A stretch of 64,000 nucleotides of DNA, taken from positions 160 through 64,159 of the forward strand of contig JBEKWN010000006.1 of the NCBI GenBank assembly GCA_049513055.1, in the 5' to 3' direction. Below are positions 38,678 to 48,725 of this stretch, one piece after another. How positions within the stretch are numbered: the first letter of the stretch is position 1; each line of letters opens with the position of its first letter. Below the pieces are notes generated by a model. The model was not told where the DNA came from. It made no database searches and saw only the letters and a program-made list of their open reading frames with translations. The DNA is from Thermodesulfobacteriota bacterium. Lineage in GTDB: Bacteria > Desulfobacterota > BSN033 > UBA1163. The position numbers were made by a program, and so were the translations under genes.

Positions 38678-39655
38678 ATGAAGCTTTTATTGATTGGCGT
38701 AGGAAGGTGGGGCAAGAACCATCTGAAGGCTCTGGTGAACCTCGTCGACGAGCTTTATGTGGTGGACTACGATCCGAGTCAACTGAAAGTCTGCAAGGAA
38801 TACTCAATTCCTGAAGATCATCTTTCCACCGATTATCGTGATTTTCTTGATCGCGTGGACGGGGTAGACATCGTTACGCCAGCGGATGGCCATCTGGGAA
38901 TTTGTAAGCACTGCTTTGAAAAGGGGAAGGATGTCTTTGTAGAAAAACCGATTGCCCTGACCACCCAAGAGGCAAAAGAGATGATCACTCAGGCCAAAGA
39001 GAATGGGATGATTCTACAGGTAGGCCATCTTTATCGGTATCATCCAGCCGCTTCGAAAATAAAACAGATCCTTGAGGAAGGGAAATTGGGCACCATTCAA
39101 TACGCCTATGGTCATTTCATGGGATTCAAAAGACCTAGAACGGATGTCGGCGTGACCCAAACGGATGCGATCCATTATTTCGATCTTTTTAATTATCTCT
39201 TTCATGAGCCCCCTCAAGCGGTCACGGCCGTTGTAAAAAATTACCTTCACCTTTCTCTTGATGATACCTCTGTCTCAGTCTTGGACTATCATGGAAAGAT
39301 CGTTTTTGTCGAAGCGGGGTATATGCCCCCTGAAAAAAGAAGAGATATTGCCATGGTTGGAGACCGAGCGAGCCTTTATTGCGACTTCCAAAAAAATTCC
39401 CTTCTCTTCTGTGAGAATCGACACGAGAGACAAGAGGGAAAATGTGTCGCTGTGGAAGGAGAAGCCCGAGGCATTCCCATAGAGCTTGAAGAGCCCCTGA
39501 CGATAGAATTAAAAGCGTTTCTCAATTCGATGAAGAATCGGTCCAAGCCCTTAGCAGATGGGCAGGCGGGCTTTGAGGCATTGAAAATTGTTGAAGTCTG
39601 TTATGAGTCCTCTCGGAGTGGAAGGAGATTGGAGATTGAATGGGAGAAAATCTGA
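38678..39655 (+). CDS. Gfo/Idh/MocA-family NAD(P) oxidoreductase (sugar-nucleotide dehydrogenase-like)
   Basis: MKLLLIGVGRWGKNHL Rossmann N-terminus; EKP motif. Confidence 0.85.
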   Translation: MKLLLIGVGRWGKNHLKALVNLVDELYVVDYDPSQLKVCKEYSIPEDHLSTDYRDFLDRVDGVDIVTPADGHLGICKHCFEKGKDVFVEKPIALTTQEAKEMITQAKENGMILQVGHLYRYHPAASKIKQILEEGKLGTIQYAYGHFMGFKRPRTDVGVTQTDAIHYFDLFNYLFHEPPQAVTAVVKNYLHLSLDDTSVSVLDYHGKIVFVEAGYMPPEKRRDIAMVGDRASLYCDFQKNSLLFCENRHERQEGKCVAVEGEARGIPIELEEPLTIELKAFLNSMKNRSKPLADGQAGFEALKIVEVCYESSRSGRRLEIEWEKI

Positions 39656-39676
39656 CATTCAGGGAAAGGAGTTAAA

Positions 39677-40792
39677 ATGAAGGTTCCTCTTTCTAAACCT
39701 TACATCGATAAAGAAATGAAAGATCGCGTATTAGAGGTGATTGATTCTGGACAATATATTTTGGGAGGCCAATGCAAAGACTTTGAAAAAGAGTTTGCCC
39801 AATTCATCGGAGTGAAACACGCCGTCCTCACCTCCTCAGGAACCTCCGCCATTTTTTTGTGTCTCAAGGCTTTGGGGGTCAAAGAAGGCGATGGCGTTTT
39901 GGTTCCCTCTCTCACCGCCTTTCCCACCATCGAACCCGTGTTTCATGTTGGAGCCAGACCCATTTTCATCGATATTGATGATACCTTTACCGTCGATCCA
40001 AAACATATCGAATCGGTTTTAAAAAATAGGAACCAGATATCGGGGGTCAAGGAGATCAAAGGAATTATTCCTGTACATCTTTACGGTCACCCTGCCCATA
40101 TGGATTCCCTTCTTGATCTGGCAAAGCGTTATGGACTTTTCGTTTTGGAAGATTGCTGTCAAGCCCATGGTGCCAAATATAAAGGGAAAAGGGTAGGATC
40201 AATGGGAATTGGCGGTTGTTTCTCTTTCTATCCTTCGAAAAACCTGACCGTTTTTGGAGATGGTGGAATTCTTGTCACCCCGGATGATGAGATGGCCAAG
40301 ACCTGTCGAATGCTGAGAGATCACGGTCGAAAAGAGAAGTATGAACATGAACTGGTTGGATATAATTTGAGGTTTAACGAAATCCAAGGGGCAGTGGGTC
40401 GCCTCCAACTTCGAAGGTTGGACTGGTTTAATGAATCGAGAAGGCGCATCGCTCAATGGTACAGCGATGGATTAAAGGGAATTCCAGTGACTACACCTCA
40501 GGCAAGGGATTGGGCTGAACCTGTCTATCATCTTTATGTCATCCAAACTCCCCATCGGGATGAGCTGGCTGATTTCTTAAAAGAGAAAGGGATTCAGTCA
40601 GGGATTCATTATCCTATTCCAAATCATCAACAACCAGCCGTTCGGAATGCTCTCGGTCAGCAGCCCAAACTGGAAAAGACAGAAGATACGGTCAAGAAAA
40701 TTCTCTCCCTGCCCATCTACCCAGAACTCGAAAAAGAGAAGGTGGATTTTGTGTGCGCCACCATCAGAGAGTTCTTTCATCAAAAAAGTTGA
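39677..40792 (+). CDS. DegT/DnrJ/EryC1/StrS-family sugar aminotransferase
   Basis: SSGTSAIFL, EDCCQAHGAKYKGKRVGS, FSFYPSKNL motifs. Confidence 0.9.
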   Translation: MKVPLSKPYIDKEMKDRVLEVIDSGQYILGGQCKDFEKEFAQFIGVKHAVLTSSGTSAIFLCLKALGVKEGDGVLVPSLTAFPTIEPVFHVGARPIFIDIDDTFTVDPKHIESVLKNRNQISGVKEIKGIIPVHLYGHPAHMDSLLDLAKRYGLFVLEDCCQAHGAKYKGKRVGSMGIGGCFSFYPSKNLTVFGDGGILVTPDDEMAKTCRMLRDHGRKEKYEHELVGYNLRFNEIQGAVGRLQLRRLDWFNESRRRIAQWYSDGLKGIPVTTPQARDWAEPVYHLYVIQTPHRDELADFLKEKGIQSGIHYPIPNHQQPAVRNALGQQPKLEKTEDTVKKILSLPIYPELEKEKVDFVCATIREFFHQKS

Positions 40793-40813
40793 GATCAGAA
40801 GGGAGATCGTCTT

Positions 40814-41539
40814 TTGGGAGAAAACTATCAGATTGATATTTCAGTGGTGGTTCCGGTCTACAATGAAGAGGAGAATCTTCCCGTTTTGATTCCTCAACTC
40901 CATGACGTGCTCCGGGGGTTGGGAAAAACGTATGAGATGATTTTCATTGATGATGGGAGTACGGATCGTAGCCGTCGTCTTCTTAAAGAGATGGTTCCTC
41001 CGTATCCTGAAATACGAGTCCTTGGATTTAAGAGGAATTGCGGTGAGACAGTGGCAGGCGTAGCAGGGTTAAAAGAGGCAAGGGGAGAGATTGTCATCAC
41101 CATAGATGCTGACCTCCAGAATGACCCCAAGGATATCCCCAGGATGTTGGAATACCTGAAAGATTATGACATGGTAACAGGATGGCGTCAGAAGAGAGAA
41201 GATTCTTGGGTCAAACGGATCACATCAAAGATTGCTAATAGGATTAGGAACAGCTTGAGCGGAGAGGAGATCCGGGACAGTGGTTGTACCTTCCGGGCTT
41301 ATAAGAGGGAGTGTCTTCAAAATCTCAAATTGTACAAGGGGATGCACCGCTTCATGCCAACCCTGGTAAAGATGGAAGGATTTCGAGTGATTGAAATACC
41401 CATTGCCCACCATCCCAGGAAATTCGGAGTATCGAAATATACCACCTGGAATCGGATGTGGCGTGCCTTCATCGATCTTCTGGCTGTGAAATGGATGAGG
41501 AGTCGCCATATCCATTATGACATTGAGGAAAGGATCTGA
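40814..41539 (+). CDS. GT2 polyprenyl-phosphate sugar transferase (ArnC/DPM1/GtrB-like), TTG start
   Basis: SVVVPVYNEEENL, DDGSTD, DADLQNDP motifs. Confidence 0.85.
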   Translation: MGENYQIDISVVVPVYNEEENLPVLIPQLHDVLRGLGKTYEMIFIDDGSTDRSRRLLKEMVPPYPEIRVLGFKRNCGETVAGVAGLKEARGEIVITIDADLQNDPKDIPRMLEYLKDYDMVTGWRQKREDSWVKRITSKIANRIRNSLSGEEIRDSGCTFRAYKRECLQNLKLYKGMHRFMPTLVKMEGFRVIEIPIAHHPRKFGVSKYTTWNRMWRAFIDLLAVKWMRSRHIHYDIEERI

Positions 41540-41540
41540 A

Positions 41541-41897
41541 ATGGAATGTTTTTCATTTTTTAGTTTCGTGACCGATTTCTTGCAAGACCTATCTGTGCGA
41601 TATCCAAAATTTCAACTTGACTTCTGGGTGCTTTTCGGTTTTATCGGCCAGACGATGTTCACGATGAGGTTCATTGTCCAATGGATTGCGTCTGAGAAAA
41701 GGAAAGAAAGTATCATTCCGGTGGCCTTCTGGTACTTCAGCTTAGGAGGAGGGTTGATTCTCTTGGCCTATGCGATTCGCCAGATGGACCCAGTTTTTAT
41801 CGCTGCCTATCTTCTCAATCCTATTATCTACTTTAGGAACCTGTACTTCATTTATAAGAAAAAACCCAATCCAGAAACTTCTCACCCGAACCATTAA
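41541..41897 (+). CDS. Small membrane protein with LAB_N (lipid-A biosynthesis N-terminal, PF07578-like) domain
   Basis: RFIVQWIASEKRKESIIPVAFWYFSLGGGLILLAYAI; start overlaps GT2 stop. Confidence 0.6.
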   Translation: MECFSFFSFVTDFLQDLSVRYPKFQLDFWVLFGFIGQTMFTMRFIVQWIASEKRKESIIPVAFWYFSLGGGLILLAYAIRQMDPVFIAAYLLNPIIYFRNLYFIYKKKPNPETSHPNH

Positions 41898-41927
41898 AAA
41901 GGAAGATGTTGCGCAGGCTGGAATGGG

Positions 41928-43406
41928 ATGGTTAGACTGCAATGGTTCTTAAATAGAGAAAGGGTTCTATCATTCATGGAACGCGGGTGTTTTAAATTTT
42001 ATCAGCAAAAGTGGACTCAGATCGTTCTGCTCTTAGGATTCTGTTTCGTACTTTACTTTCTTAACTTAGGTCAATGGGAGCTTCGAAAACCGGATGAAAT
42101 CCGTTATGCTCAAGTCGCCCAGGAAATGGTTGAAGGAGGGGATTGGATCGTCCCGCGTCTCTGGCCATCTCATCCATTTCATGGGGAACCCTACATGGAA
42201 AAACCCCCCCTTTTTTTCTGGCTCATTGCACTTTCCTCTTATCTATGGAAAGGTTTTAACCCTTTTTCGGCGAGGTTTCCTTCAGCCTTTTTCGGGACCC
42301 TCACCGTGTTGTTTACCTTTTTTATTGGAAAGAATCTCTATAATTCCAGGACGGGATTCGTTTCCGGTCTCATCCTTGCTACAAGCTTTTTTTTCGCCCG
42401 TTTTTCTACCCGGGCCAATATCGATGCCACCCTGACTTTTTTTATCACAGCCTCCCTTTTTTGTTTTCTCCAATGGTACCAGGGGCGCAGAGAGGGATCA
42501 GATGGGCAGAAGGATATCCGGAGGCTATCCATCTATGGATTTTATGTGGGGATGGGATTGGCCACCCTCACTAAGGGACCAGTGGGTTTTTTCCTTCCCC
42601 TGCTGGCCAGTCTGGTCTATCTCCTGATCCAAAAGGATTGGAAAAAGATCAAGAGAATGAGGATTCTTTCGGGAATGCTCCTATGTTTAGCTATTGTTTT
42701 ATCCTGGTACCTTCCTGCGATACTCAAGGGAGGGCAAACGTACCTCAATGAAACGCTCTTCCATCAAACAATCGATTATTATTCAAAGGGATGGGATCAT
42801 CCCAAACCCATCTATTTTTATTTACGCAACTTTCCTGTAGATTTTTTACCCTGGATACTTTTTTTACCTGGGGCAATGGTTTATGGTTATTCCAAAGAGG
42901 CTTTTGGGAAAAGGAAAGAGTTTCTTTTCCTTCTGACCTGGTTCATTGTGATCTTTCTCTTTTTCTCTTTTTCCAAGACGAAGAGGGACCTCTATCTTTT
43001 ACCTCTTTATCCAGCCGCATCGCTCATGATTGGCAAGTTTTGGGGAGATTTTATTTTTGAACGGATAGAACATTTTCGAAAGGAATGGATCTCCTTACCG
43101 CTTTATGGTTTTATGGGATTGTCTTTGGCAGCAGGTCTAATCATCTTTTGGGAGGTCTCTAAAAAATTTCCTTCTTATTTGCTCTATACTCTGCCCATTA
43201 CCTGTTTCCTGGTCGGAGGTAGCATCGTATTGTTCTTTTTATATCGCTTTAAAAAATATGGAATCATCTTTTTTCTATCTATTTTGATGGCAGCAGGGGG
43301 ATTCTTTTATATAGAAAATATTCTATTTCCTTTGGAAAAGCGACTTAAATCTCCTCGTTCTATTTCCCATGAGATGAAGAATGAAATTAGTTTGGTCTCC
43401 CCTTAA
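41928..43406 (+). CDS. GT-C ArnT/PMT_2-like paralog 2, lacking the C-terminal periplasmic domain present in paralogs
   Basis: DEIRYAQVAQEM...MEKPPLFFW; ends ...ISHEMKNEISLVSP where paralogs continue ~100 aa. Confidence 0.75.
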   Translation: MVRLQWFLNRERVLSFMERGCFKFYQQKWTQIVLLLGFCFVLYFLNLGQWELRKPDEIRYAQVAQEMVEGGDWIVPRLWPSHPFHGEPYMEKPPLFFWLIALSSYLWKGFNPFSARFPSAFFGTLTVLFTFFIGKNLYNSRTGFVSGLILATSFFFARFSTRANIDATLTFFITASLFCFLQWYQGRREGSDGQKDIRRLSIYGFYVGMGLATLTKGPVGFFLPLLASLVYLLIQKDWKKIKRMRILSGMLLCLAIVLSWYLPAILKGGQTYLNETLFHQTIDYYSKGWDHPKPIYFYLRNFPVDFLPWILFLPGAMVYGYSKEAFGKRKEFLFLLTWFIVIFLFFSFSKTKRDLYLLPLYPAASLMIGKFWGDFIFERIEHFRKEWISLPLYGFMGLSLAAGLIIFWEVSKKFPSYLLYTLPITCFLVGGSIVLFFLYRFKKYGIIFFLSILMAAGGFFYIENILFPLEKRLKSPRSISHEMKNEISLVSP

Positions 43407-43494
43407 AGGGAGAATCCTTTCAGGCAAGCTGCGAATCTCGGTAAAAGCTTCTGGAATTATTTGCGTTTTAGGCGATAAAAGGAGGATTTTCAGG

Positions 43495-45153
43495 TTGTTA
43501 GAGAAGCGATTAACAAAAATCTATTCCCGGAAATGGGTTCAGATTGCCTTCCTCTTAGGATTCTGTTTTGTTCTTTACTTTTTTAATCTGGGCCGATGGG
43601 ATCTCTGGAATCCAGATGAGCCCCGTTATGCACAGATTGCCAGGGAGATGGTGAATGGAGGGGATTGGATTCTCATGCATTTTAATGGAGGCGTATACGG
43701 AGACAAACCCCCCCTCTTTTTCTGGCTGATTGCTCTTTCATCCTACTTGTGGCAAGGTTTCACTTCCTTTTCAGTGAGATTTCCTTCAGCCTTTTTCGGG
43801 ACACTCACCGTTCTCCTCACTTTCTTCCAGGGCGAAAGACTTTATTCATCCCGGACGGGATTCTTCTCCGGCCTGATCCTGGCGACCAGCCTTCATTTCG
43901 CCCATCTTTCCACCCGTGCCAATATTGATGTCACCCTCACCTTTTGTACCACCGCTTCGCTTCTTTGTTTCTTTCTATGGTATCCATATGGCCAGAAGGA
44001 GGGAATTCATCACAACCGGACTATCAGGAACCTTTTGATTTATGGATTTTATGTGAGCATGGCCTTTGCTACCTTAGCCAAAGGGCCGATTGGATTCATC
44101 CTTCCCCTTTTGGTGAGCCTCATCTATCTTTTAATTCAAAAAGATTATAAAGAAATTAAACGGATGAAACTGCTGCCTGGGATTCCCTTGCTTCTGGCCA
44201 TTGTCCTGGCATGGTATCTTCCCGCTGTATTCTTGGGGGGGAAGACCTACCTTGAGGAAAATCTTTTAAGGCATACTACCGAGGCTTATGGCACAGGATG
44301 GACCCATCCTCGCCCGCTCTATTACTATTTCTATAATTTCCCCTTGAGCTTTTTCCCCTGGACCTTCTTTTTGCCCGCTGCAATTGTTTATGGGTGCTCC
44401 AAAATGACAATCGAAAAGAGAAAAGGGTTCCTTTTTCTTTTGGTATGGTGTCTCGTCATCTTCACATTTTTTTCCCTATCCAAATCAAAAAGGGCCCTTT
44501 ACCTCTTACCTCTCTATCCGGCTGCGTCTCTCATGGTCGGGAAATTCTGGAGTGATTTTATCTCGCACCCATTGGATCAGTTTAGGCGTGGATGGATTAC
44601 TTTCCCTCTCTATGGATTCATTGGGCTTGGTGTGATCGCAGGGGCTGCTACTCCGTGGGTGGCCTCAATAAAATTTCCCTCTTATCTGTCTTATAGTCTC
44701 CCCATCGCTCTCCTCTTGTTCGGGGGCAGTATGGTCATGATGATCTTCTGTCGCTATAAAAATTATAGGGCTATCCTGTTTCTCCTCATCGGGATGATGG
44801 TTGCGGGATATTTTTATGCGTTTAGGGTTATTTTCCCTCTTGCCAATCCGCAAATGTCGGCCCGTTTCATTTCGGAAGAAATTACATCGCGGATTCAACC
44901 AGGTGAAAAATTAGCAATTTATGGAGGGCTTGGAACCGATCCTTATAATTATTACACTGGGGTCGTACCCATTATAAAATTTGATAATAGAGAAGCTTTT
45001 CTTGATTTTATAGGATCTTCAGAAAGAGTATTCTGCCTTCTCAAATTCCGTGATTTTTCTCGATTGTTCAACAGTGAAGGGGAACCGAAGGTCCAATTGA
45101 TCGCCCGGCGCAAGGTGAGAAACGATGATGTTGTTTTGATTTCCAATCGATAA
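43495..45153 (+). CDS. GT-C ArnT/PMT_2-like paralog 3 (TTG start after AGGAGG RBS)
   Basis: DEPRYAQIAREM...DKPPLFFW; full C-terminal domain; ORF-track extension 43381-43494 is an out-of-frame remnant. Confidence 0.75.
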   Translation: MLEKRLTKIYSRKWVQIAFLLGFCFVLYFFNLGRWDLWNPDEPRYAQIAREMVNGGDWILMHFNGGVYGDKPPLFFWLIALSSYLWQGFTSFSVRFPSAFFGTLTVLLTFFQGERLYSSRTGFFSGLILATSLHFAHLSTRANIDVTLTFCTTASLLCFFLWYPYGQKEGIHHNRTIRNLLIYGFYVSMAFATLAKGPIGFILPLLVSLIYLLIQKDYKEIKRMKLLPGIPLLLAIVLAWYLPAVFLGGKTYLEENLLRHTTEAYGTGWTHPRPLYYYFYNFPLSFFPWTFFLPAAIVYGCSKMTIEKRKGFLFLLVWCLVIFTFFSLSKSKRALYLLPLYPAASLMVGKFWSDFISHPLDQFRRGWITFPLYGFIGLGVIAGAATPWVASIKFPSYLSYSLPIALLLFGGSMVMMIFCRYKNYRAILFLLIGMMVAGYFYAFRVIFPLANPQMSARFISEEITSRIQPGEKLAIYGGLGTDPYNYYTGVVPIIKFDNREAFLDFIGSSERVFCLLKFRDFSRLFNSEGEPKVQLIARRKVRNDDVVLISNR

Positions 45154-45287
45154 CGTTACGGGGAAGAAAACGATTGCTCTCAAGAAGCCAGAGAGATGAT
45201 GGTCCGGGCCGATGATATTTTCCCCGCGGCATTAACTGTGTTAAAATACGAGTAATTTTTAGCCAAGCACAGGAAATGTGAGGGTTT

Positions 45288-46247
45288 TTGATTCGACTGA
45301 ATGTATCCATCATAGGGGCGGGTAGAACGAGAAATGGTATCGGCGAGTATATAGGAAAGTATTTCCATCAGCACGGAGCAAAAGTAACCTCGGTGCTGGG
45401 GACGACTGAAAAAACAAGCCTCCAAGCCTCTTCTGCTCTTCGGAAATATGGAATAGAAGCCCATCCCTATACAAACTTTGATGAAATGGTGAGAGGCGAA
45501 AAGCCTGATGCAGTGGTGATCGCCTCCCCTTCTTCTACCCATTATGAATATCTATTGAAATCCTTAAATTCGGGACTCCATATCTTCTGCGAAAAACCCT
45601 TCCTCTGGGACGATCACAAGGATATTCGAAGAAGGATTGAAGATATTTTTGAGAAGGCCCGAGAAAAAACATTAACCATTGCCATGAATTCTCAATGGCC
45701 TTTTTCCATAGACTATTATGAGGAAATCTGCGGAAAGATCAGAATTAAAGAAACCAACAATTTTTTTATACGGATGTCGCCCTTTTCCCCAGGAAAAGTG
45801 ATGATTCCAGAATCCATTCCTCATCCCTTGAGTATTCTTTATTGCCGATTGGGTGCCGGAGAGATACAGAATTTGAATTTTGAATCGGATGGGGAAGGGG
45901 AGATGAGCATCAGATTTACCTATTTGTTTAGAACCTGGGCGTGTGATGCGTTAATAAGGTTGGTACACCAAAAGACCCCGCCCCGTGAGTTTTCTTTTGG
46001 ATTTAATGATAAGATTGTTTTTCGAAGTCTGGATTTAAAAAATTATGAAATCTATTTTCATTATGGGAGTAAAAAATTGAGGATCGTGGACCCCCTTGAG
46101 CTCTCCGTTAAAAATTTTATGGAGGCCGTTGAAAAGAAGACCGAGCCTTTCATCGGGCCTCCTCATATTCTCCATAATATGTCACTGCTGAAAGAGATTT
46201 ATGATGGCTTTGGCGAATTTGGGAAGAGAAATTTATGGAAAAGTTAA
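45288..46247 (+). CDS. Gfo/Idh/MocA-like oxidoreductase
   Basis: N-terminal Rossmann SIIGAGRTRNGIGEY; ...EKP motif. Confidence 0.6.
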   Translation: MIRLNVSIIGAGRTRNGIGEYIGKYFHQHGAKVTSVLGTTEKTSLQASSALRKYGIEAHPYTNFDEMVRGEKPDAVVIASPSSTHYEYLLKSLNSGLHIFCEKPFLWDDHKDIRRRIEDIFEKAREKTLTIAMNSQWPFSIDYYEEICGKIRIKETNNFFIRMSPFSPGKVMIPESIPHPLSILYCRLGAGEIQNLNFESDGEGEMSIRFTYLFRTWACDALIRLVHQKTPPREFSFGFNDKIVFRSLDLKNYEIYFHYGSKKLRIVDPLELSVKNFMEAVEKKTEPFIGPPHILHNMSLLKEIYDGFGEFGKRNLWKS

Positions 46248-47452
46248 AAGAAAGAGAGCACGATTTTAGCTCCAAATTGAGACAGGATGCCACCCTTCAA
46301 AGGCTGAAAGACTATATTCAATGGCAGAGAAACTGTGACGTCAATGCTCCGGATCGAGAGCGACTGATTTTCAGTCCGATCTCCATCAATTTAGATCTGA
46401 CCTCTGCCTGCAATTTCTCATGCCCTTTTTGTGTCGATTCGAAGCTGATCAATGCCGGAAAAAGCTTGACCTTGGAGGAAGTAAAAAAGACGATCCACAC
46501 ACTCCATTCCCACGGTCTTCTCTCCGTTATCTTGATAGGAGGGGGAGAACCCACTCTTCACAAAGATTTTGGGGAGATCGTCCGTTATATCAAAAGTAAA
46601 CGGTTACAAATCGGGATCGTGACCAATGGCTCAAGACTAGAAAAAATTGAAGCAGTGGTCGAAGAACTAAGAGAGAAGGATTGGATCAGGATATCCATTG
46701 ATGCGGCCGGGGAAGGAGTCTTTAAAGATTTACACCTGCCTAAAACGCAAATGACTCTGAGTCGGATATTAGAAAAAGCAAAAAAGGTGAAAAAAAAGAA
46801 TCCCGTGGTTTCGCTGGGATATTCGTTTGTGATCGTCTGGGAAGGCGTGGAGATTAACGGGAAGAGACTCCATCCCAATATGGATGAGATAGCCAGATCG
46901 GTGGAGCTCGCCAGGGAATTCTCCTTTGATTATATTTCCTTTAAGCCCTGTTTAGTCCGATTGAATGAGTCTCAGAGGGAGACGTTGCTTAAAAACGTTG
47001 AAAAAACGAAAGAAGAAGAGATTATCGATAAAATCAAGATGCATCTGCAAGAGGCCAAGCGTTTCGCAGGGGACCAAGTCAAGATTCTTGAAAGCTCAAA
47101 CCTGAAGGCCATGTTAAATCAGGAAACGGATAGGATCAAAAGGCAGCCCAAAAGATGCCACATGCAATTTTTCAGAACCGTGGTGACCCCCTTCGGCATC
47201 TTTCACTGTCCGGCGTTTCGAGGAGTGGAAGAAGCCAGAATTGGAGATCCGGAGGGTTACCTATCGGAAAGAAAATTCAAGGAAAGTCTCAAAAGTACAG
47301 CTAAATCGATTCTGACCTTTGATGCCGAAGAGGAATGTAGAGATGTTGGATGTTTTTACAATCGTACCAACTGGTGGTTAGAAGAGTTCATCCATTCCAA
47401 AGAAGACATCCATGAACTTGAAAAAGTTGAAAATGATAACTTTTTCCTTTAG
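46235..47452 (+). CDS. Radical SAM enzyme (CNFSCPFC cluster; additional C-terminal Cys motifs)
   Basis: Cx3Cx2C at residue ~58; GGGEP; C-terminal CHMQ...CPAF...CRDVGC. Confidence 0.75.
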   Translation: MEKLKEREHDFSSKLRQDATLQRLKDYIQWQRNCDVNAPDRERLIFSPISINLDLTSACNFSCPFCVDSKLINAGKSLTLEEVKKTIHTLHSHGLLSVILIGGGEPTLHKDFGEIVRYIKSKRLQIGIVTNGSRLEKIEAVVEELREKDWIRISIDAAGEGVFKDLHLPKTQMTLSRILEKAKKVKKKNPVVSLGYSFVIVWEGVEINGKRLHPNMDEIARSVELAREFSFDYISFKPCLVRLNESQRETLLKNVEKTKEEEIIDKIKMHLQEAKRFAGDQVKILESSNLKAMLNQETDRIKRQPKRCHMQFFRTVVTPFGIFHCPAFRGVEEARIGDPEGYLSERKFKESLKSTAKSILTFDAEEECRDVGCFYNRTNWWLEEFIHSKEDIHELEKVENDNFFL

Positions 47453-47497
47453 GCCAGGCCTTCGACAGCTTGAATACTTGGGTGGGTTCTGAATAGA

Positions 47498-48661
47498 ATG
47501 AAGATTCTCCATCTTTTCAGCAACTGGAAGTGGACAGGTCCTGCTGATCCAACCTTGAACCTCTGTAAGGGATTGGAGAAACGGGGGCATGATGTCACCT
47601 TTGTCTATCGAAAACCTCCTCTTCCGGTCGAGGATAGTATTGAGAAAAGGGTCCTCCAGGCAGGAGTAAAAGCCACGGATCGATTTCAATTGGACCATTC
47701 GGTGAAGTTTTACCATCTTTCCTTTTTACCGACCCATCTGCGTGACATTTTAGACCTCACCCAATATCTTCGTCAGGAAAAGTTCGATATTCTCAATGTC
47801 CACCACTCCCATGGCCATCTCTTGGGCGGGATCGCTGCCAGGAGGTCAGGCCATCCTGTGATCATCATTCGCACCGACCACAAGCGAGACCCTTTGAAGC
47901 CCAATTTGGGGAATCGCTTTCTCATCTCTCAGTTTACGGATGGAATGATTACTTTTTCCGAGAGGGCCAGGAGAGAGGATGCAGAACATTTCGGCCTTCC
48001 TCTTGAGAGGGTAGGGAAGATCTCACCGGCCTTGGATTTAAACCGGTATGATCCTCAGGGGAAATTTAAAGATATGAGGACTCTCTTTGGAATTGGATCA
48101 AAGGATATCGTTATCGGAATGGTCGCCCGATTTCAAAGATACAGAAGGACGACTGTCTTTTTGGAGGCGGTGAAAAAGATTGCCAGGGAATTTCCAAATG
48201 TGAAGGTTCTCTTGGTTGGCCGATCGAGTCAGATGGAGCAGAGTGTCATCCAGCCCATGAAACAGCTCGGCGTTGAAAAGTGGGTCGTTCTCGGAGGATA
48301 TCGGACGAATGACTATCTCGACACCTTAGCCTGTATGGACATCTTTGTCTTCTTAATGGCAGGTTCTGATGGAACAGCCCGAGCCTTGAGAGAGGCCATG
48401 GCCATGGGCAAACCGGTCATTGTGGCCAATCGGGGGATGCTCCCAGAATTGGTGGAGGAGGGCATTTCAGGTTTGGTGGTGAATGATACCCCTGAAGAGT
48501 TGGCCGGGGCGGTCCTTCGACTGCTTCACCATCCAGAAATGAGGGAGATTTTAGGGAAGGCGGCTTATCAGAAGGCCCATCAGGATTTCCAATTGGATCG
48601 ACAAGTGGAGGGCGTTGAAACGTTTTATCAAGAGATGATTAGACTCGGAAAGCGGAAGTGA
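47498..48661 (+). CDS. Glycosyltransferase family 4 (GT-B fold)
   Basis: N-terminal MKILHLFSNWKWTG; C-terminal E..G.P motif region. Confidence 0.8.
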   Translation: MKILHLFSNWKWTGPADPTLNLCKGLEKRGHDVTFVYRKPPLPVEDSIEKRVLQAGVKATDRFQLDHSVKFYHLSFLPTHLRDILDLTQYLRQEKFDILNVHHSHGHLLGGIAARRSGHPVIIIRTDHKRDPLKPNLGNRFLISQFTDGMITFSERARREDAEHFGLPLERVGKISPALDLNRYDPQGKFKDMRTLFGIGSKDIVIGMVARFQRYRRTTVFLEAVKKIAREFPNVKVLLVGRSSQMEQSVIQPMKQLGVEKWVVLGGYRTNDYLDTLACMDIFVFLMAGSDGTARALREAMAMGKPVIVANRGMLPELVEEGISGLVVNDTPEELAGAVLRLLHHPEMREILGKAAYQKAHQDFQLDRQVEGVETFYQEMIRLGKRK

Positions 48662-48725
48662 AAATTAGAGTAACAACAGTTATCTTTTTTAAAAAGTAAG
48701 GCTAACGGCTTACAACTCTTCCAAG

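Noticed and set aside
43381-43494. ORF-track start of GT-C paralog 3 at 43381
   Set aside because: This stretch is an out-of-frame remnant of paralog 2; AGGAGG + TTG at 43495 gives a start matching the other paralogs
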